Assembly (NCBI GenBank): GCA_964453345.1
Contig: CAYVOC010000013.1
Coordinates: 1 to 39,934 of the forward strand
Direction of reading: 5' to 3'
DNA: 39,934 nucleotides
Source of the DNA: an uncultured Aquificales bacterium
Lineage (GTDB): Bacteria; Thermosulfidibacterota; Thermosulfidibacteria; Thermosulfidibacterales; Thermosulfidibacteraceae
The translations under genes were made by a program, and so were the position numbers. The notes under the pieces were generated by a model. It saw only the letters and a list, made by a program, of their open reading frames with translations. It did not search any database and was not told the origin of the DNA. Shown in pieces: positions 38,056 to 39,934 of the stretch; within the stretch, counting starts at the first letter, position 1, and every line of letters begins with the position of its first letter.

Positions 38056-38844
38056 TTACCTCCTGAGATTGTTGGCAATCTGAAGCATATCATCGCCCGT
38101 CTGGATAGCCTTGGAGTTGGCCTCATAGGCCCTCTGAGCCACAATCAGATTGACCATCTCCTCAACCACATCCACATTCGAGGTCTCCACATACCCCTGG
38201 GCGATGGTTCCGAACTGATCCTGCCCCGGAGTTCCGTCTATGGGTGCACCGGAGGTATCGGTCTCCTTAAACAAATTCCTGCCTATGGCCCTGAGTCCCG
38301 CAGGATTTGGAAAATCCGAAATAGTTATCTGCCCCACCTGGGTGTAGGTGGTGCTACCGGGCTGAAGAACGCTAACGGTTCCATCCTCGCCTATCGAAAT
38401 GTCTATGGCATCCGGGGGTATGGTTATAACCGGATCCAGAGGGTATCCGTCGGAGGTCACGATCCTTCCCTGATCGTCAAGCTTAAAGGCCCCTGCCCTG
38501 GTGTAGGCTATCTCACCGTTGGGAAGCTGCACCCTGAAAAAGCCCTTCCCCTCTATGGCAAGATCTAAAGGATTACCGGTCTGCTTAAAGCTTCCCTGCT
38601 GAAAGATCTTCTCCAGAGCAGCCACCCTGGTTCCGAGACCCACCTGGATACCCGTGGGGATCTTGGTGGTGGAGGTGGAATCGGCACCGGGGGGCCTGAT
38701 GGTCTGATACATCAGATCCTGAAAGTCCGCCCTGGTCCTCTTGAAGCCAACCGTGTTCACATTGGCGAGGTTGTTGGCAATAACATCAATGTTCAACTGC
38801 TGGGCACGCATGCCCGTTGCAGCAGTCCACAAGGCCCTGATCAT
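38056..38844 (-). CDS. flgG: flagellar distal rod protein FlgG
   Basis: [67 protein letters not shown]. Confidence 0.97.
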   Translation of the reverse strand: MIRALWTAATGMRAQQLNIDVIANNLANVNTVGFKRTRADFQDLMYQTIRPPGADSTSTTKIPTGIQVGLGTRVAALEKIFQQGSFKQTGNPLDLAIEGKGFFRVQLPNGEIAYTRAGAFKLDDQGRIVTSDGYPLDPVITIPPDAIDISIGEDGTVSVLQPGSTTYTQVGQITISDFPNPAGLRAIGRNLFKETDTSGAPIDGTPGQDQFGTIAQGYVETSNVDVVEEMVNLIVAQRAYEANSKAIQTGDDMLQIANNLRR

Positions 38845-38847
38845 GGC

Positions 38848-39657
38848 TTACCTCCCAACGTTTCCTACATCGTTAATGACCCTGGATGTGGTGTCCTCAA
38901 AGGTCACCTGCACCGCCTTCTGACAGGCCTCATAATGGCGCATGCAGGTAATAAGATTGACCATCTCCCTCACCACATCCGCATTACTGGTCTCAAGATA
39001 ACCCACCATCAACCTGTAGTCTGTCCTGCTGAACCCTCTCTGCTTCGGATTCTTAAAGGCAAAATAGCTGTATCCAAAGGCTTTAACGTAGCGGTTGTAA
39101 TCCCCGTTAAAGTCCACCACCTCAATCCGAAAGAGTCTGTTTCCGTTCTGCACAACCCAACCATCGGCGGTGATCTCCACCGGGCGATTGGGATCCACCA
39201 CAATAGGCTCAGGGGGCATATTGGGCGCCACCCTCCCCAGAACCGGATACCCATCAACCGTCTTCAAAACCCCATCAGGCCCAACCCTGAAGTTGCCCGC
39301 CCTGGTCAGAAGGGTCCCGGCGGGTCCCTCAACCGCAAAAAAACCGCCGCCATCTATGGCCGCATGAAGGGGATTACCCGTCTCCTTCAAGGCACCCGGT
39401 GTAAAGGAAAAGTAGTGCTCATCCGGAAAAACGACCGCATTCTGGGCGTTGAACCAGTAGTTGGGATCACGCCTGTAGGGACCAAACCTCTTGGGAGAAC
39501 CCTTAATCAAACCGGTATGGTAAAAGTAATCGGAAAAGGTTATCCCCTCACGCTTAAACCCCGGAGTATCAACATTGGCAAGATTATTGGCGACAACATC
39601 GAGCCTTCTTATCTCCGAAATCATCCCTGACGCCGCAGTATAGAGGCTGCTAACCAT
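38848..39657 (-). CDS. flgF: flagellar proximal rod protein FlgF
   Basis: LYTAASGM...[46 protein letters not shown]; upstream of flgG. Confidence 0.9.
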   Translation of the reverse strand: MVSSLYTAASGMISEIRRLDVVANNLANVDTPGFKREGITFSDYFYHTGLIKGSPKRFGPYRRDPNYWFNAQNAVVFPDEHYFSFTPGALKETGNPLHAAIDGGGFFAVEGPAGTLLTRAGNFRVGPDGVLKTVDGYPVLGRVAPNMPPEPIVVDPNRPVEITADGWVVQNGNRLFRIEVVDFNGDYNRYVKAFGYSYFAFKNPKQRGFSRTDYRLMVGYLETSNADVVREMVNLITCMRHYEACQKAVQVTFEDTTSRVINDVGNVGR

Positions 39658-39683
39658 CCTTCCACCTCCCGCCGAATCACATT

Positions 39684-39699
39684 AGCAAAAGACATGCCA
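39684..39699 (-). promoter_or_regulatory. sigma-54 (-24/-12) promoter of flgF operon
   Basis: TGGCATGTCTTTTGCT matches TGGCAY-N5-TTGCW. Confidence 0.88.
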
Positions 39700-39759
39700 C
39701 AGCAGGTGATCTCTCCAGAAACGGTCCAACGGTTTCTTACAAGAGTTCTTGGATAACCC

Positions 39760-39788
39760 TTGCGATGCAACCGTAACGGCTGTAGAAT
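39760..39788 (+). promoter_or_regulatory. sigma-70 promoter of the divergent DUF499-like gene
   Basis: TTGCGA-N17-TAGAAT. Confidence 0.65.
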
Positions 39789-39818
39789 AGAATTCGATTA
39801 TATGACTGGAGAAAAACA

Positions 39819-39934
39819 ATGGTTGCATTTACACAGATAGCGCTTCCCCACAGCGACATAACAGAAGGCCGCCTTACTATGGATGTCTTTGCCGCCGACC
39901 TCTGGCAGGTGGCATCGGGAAAAGCCCCTTCTGA
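39819..39934 (+). CDS. 5' fragment of a DUF499-family AAA+ ATPase (runs off the right edge)
   Basis: SD GGAG then open frame MVAFTQIALPHSDITEGRLTMDVFAADLWQVASGKAPS..; the PHxDxxxG...FAADLxxV..G.AP pattern is what I recognise as the DUF499 N-terminus; not in the ORF track. Confidence 0.75.
   Translation, partial: MVAFTQIALPHSDITEGRLTMDVFAADLWQVASGKAPS

Overview
Chromosomal window, ~95% coding and almost all on the minus strand, from a probably thermophilic diderm bacterium (purine-rich coding strand, E/K/R/V/I-rich proteins, L/P-ring and Mla genes; a Thermosulfidibacter/Aquificota- or Desulfobacterota-like origin is inference only). It holds two flagellar clusters, each headed by a near-consensus sigma-54 promoter. 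The first is flgB-flgC-fliE-fliF-fliG-fliH-fliI-fliJ-(MotE/FlbB-like)-fliK, running on into tadA-rng-suhB-ferritin-like-Ca/Na antiporter-tonB. The second is flgF-flgG-flgA-flgH-flgI-flgJ-flgM-flgN-flgK-flgL-fliW-csrA, with an internal sigma-28 promoter before flgM, followed by tRNA-Phe-trxA-FmdB zinc ribbon-ruvX-coaX. Between them lie housekeeping genes: SDH protease, PAP2-murJ, class V aminotransferase-serA-hisZ-purA-alr-mlaE-mlaF, and an S58 peptidase. Main findings: (1) the FmdB zinc-ribbon gene next to thioredoxin ends in TGA followed by two codons, TAG and a SECIS-like GGU-loop hairpin, a candidate hidden C-terminal selenocysteine; (2) several flagellar parts are oversized (1117-aa FlgL, 727-aa FliK with internal duplications, FliH with 17 in-register glycines); (3) at the right edge an ORF missing from the ORF track encodes the N-terminus of a DUF499-like AAA+ ATPase, probably the start of a defence locus. 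No CRISPR array, rRNA or transposase was seen.
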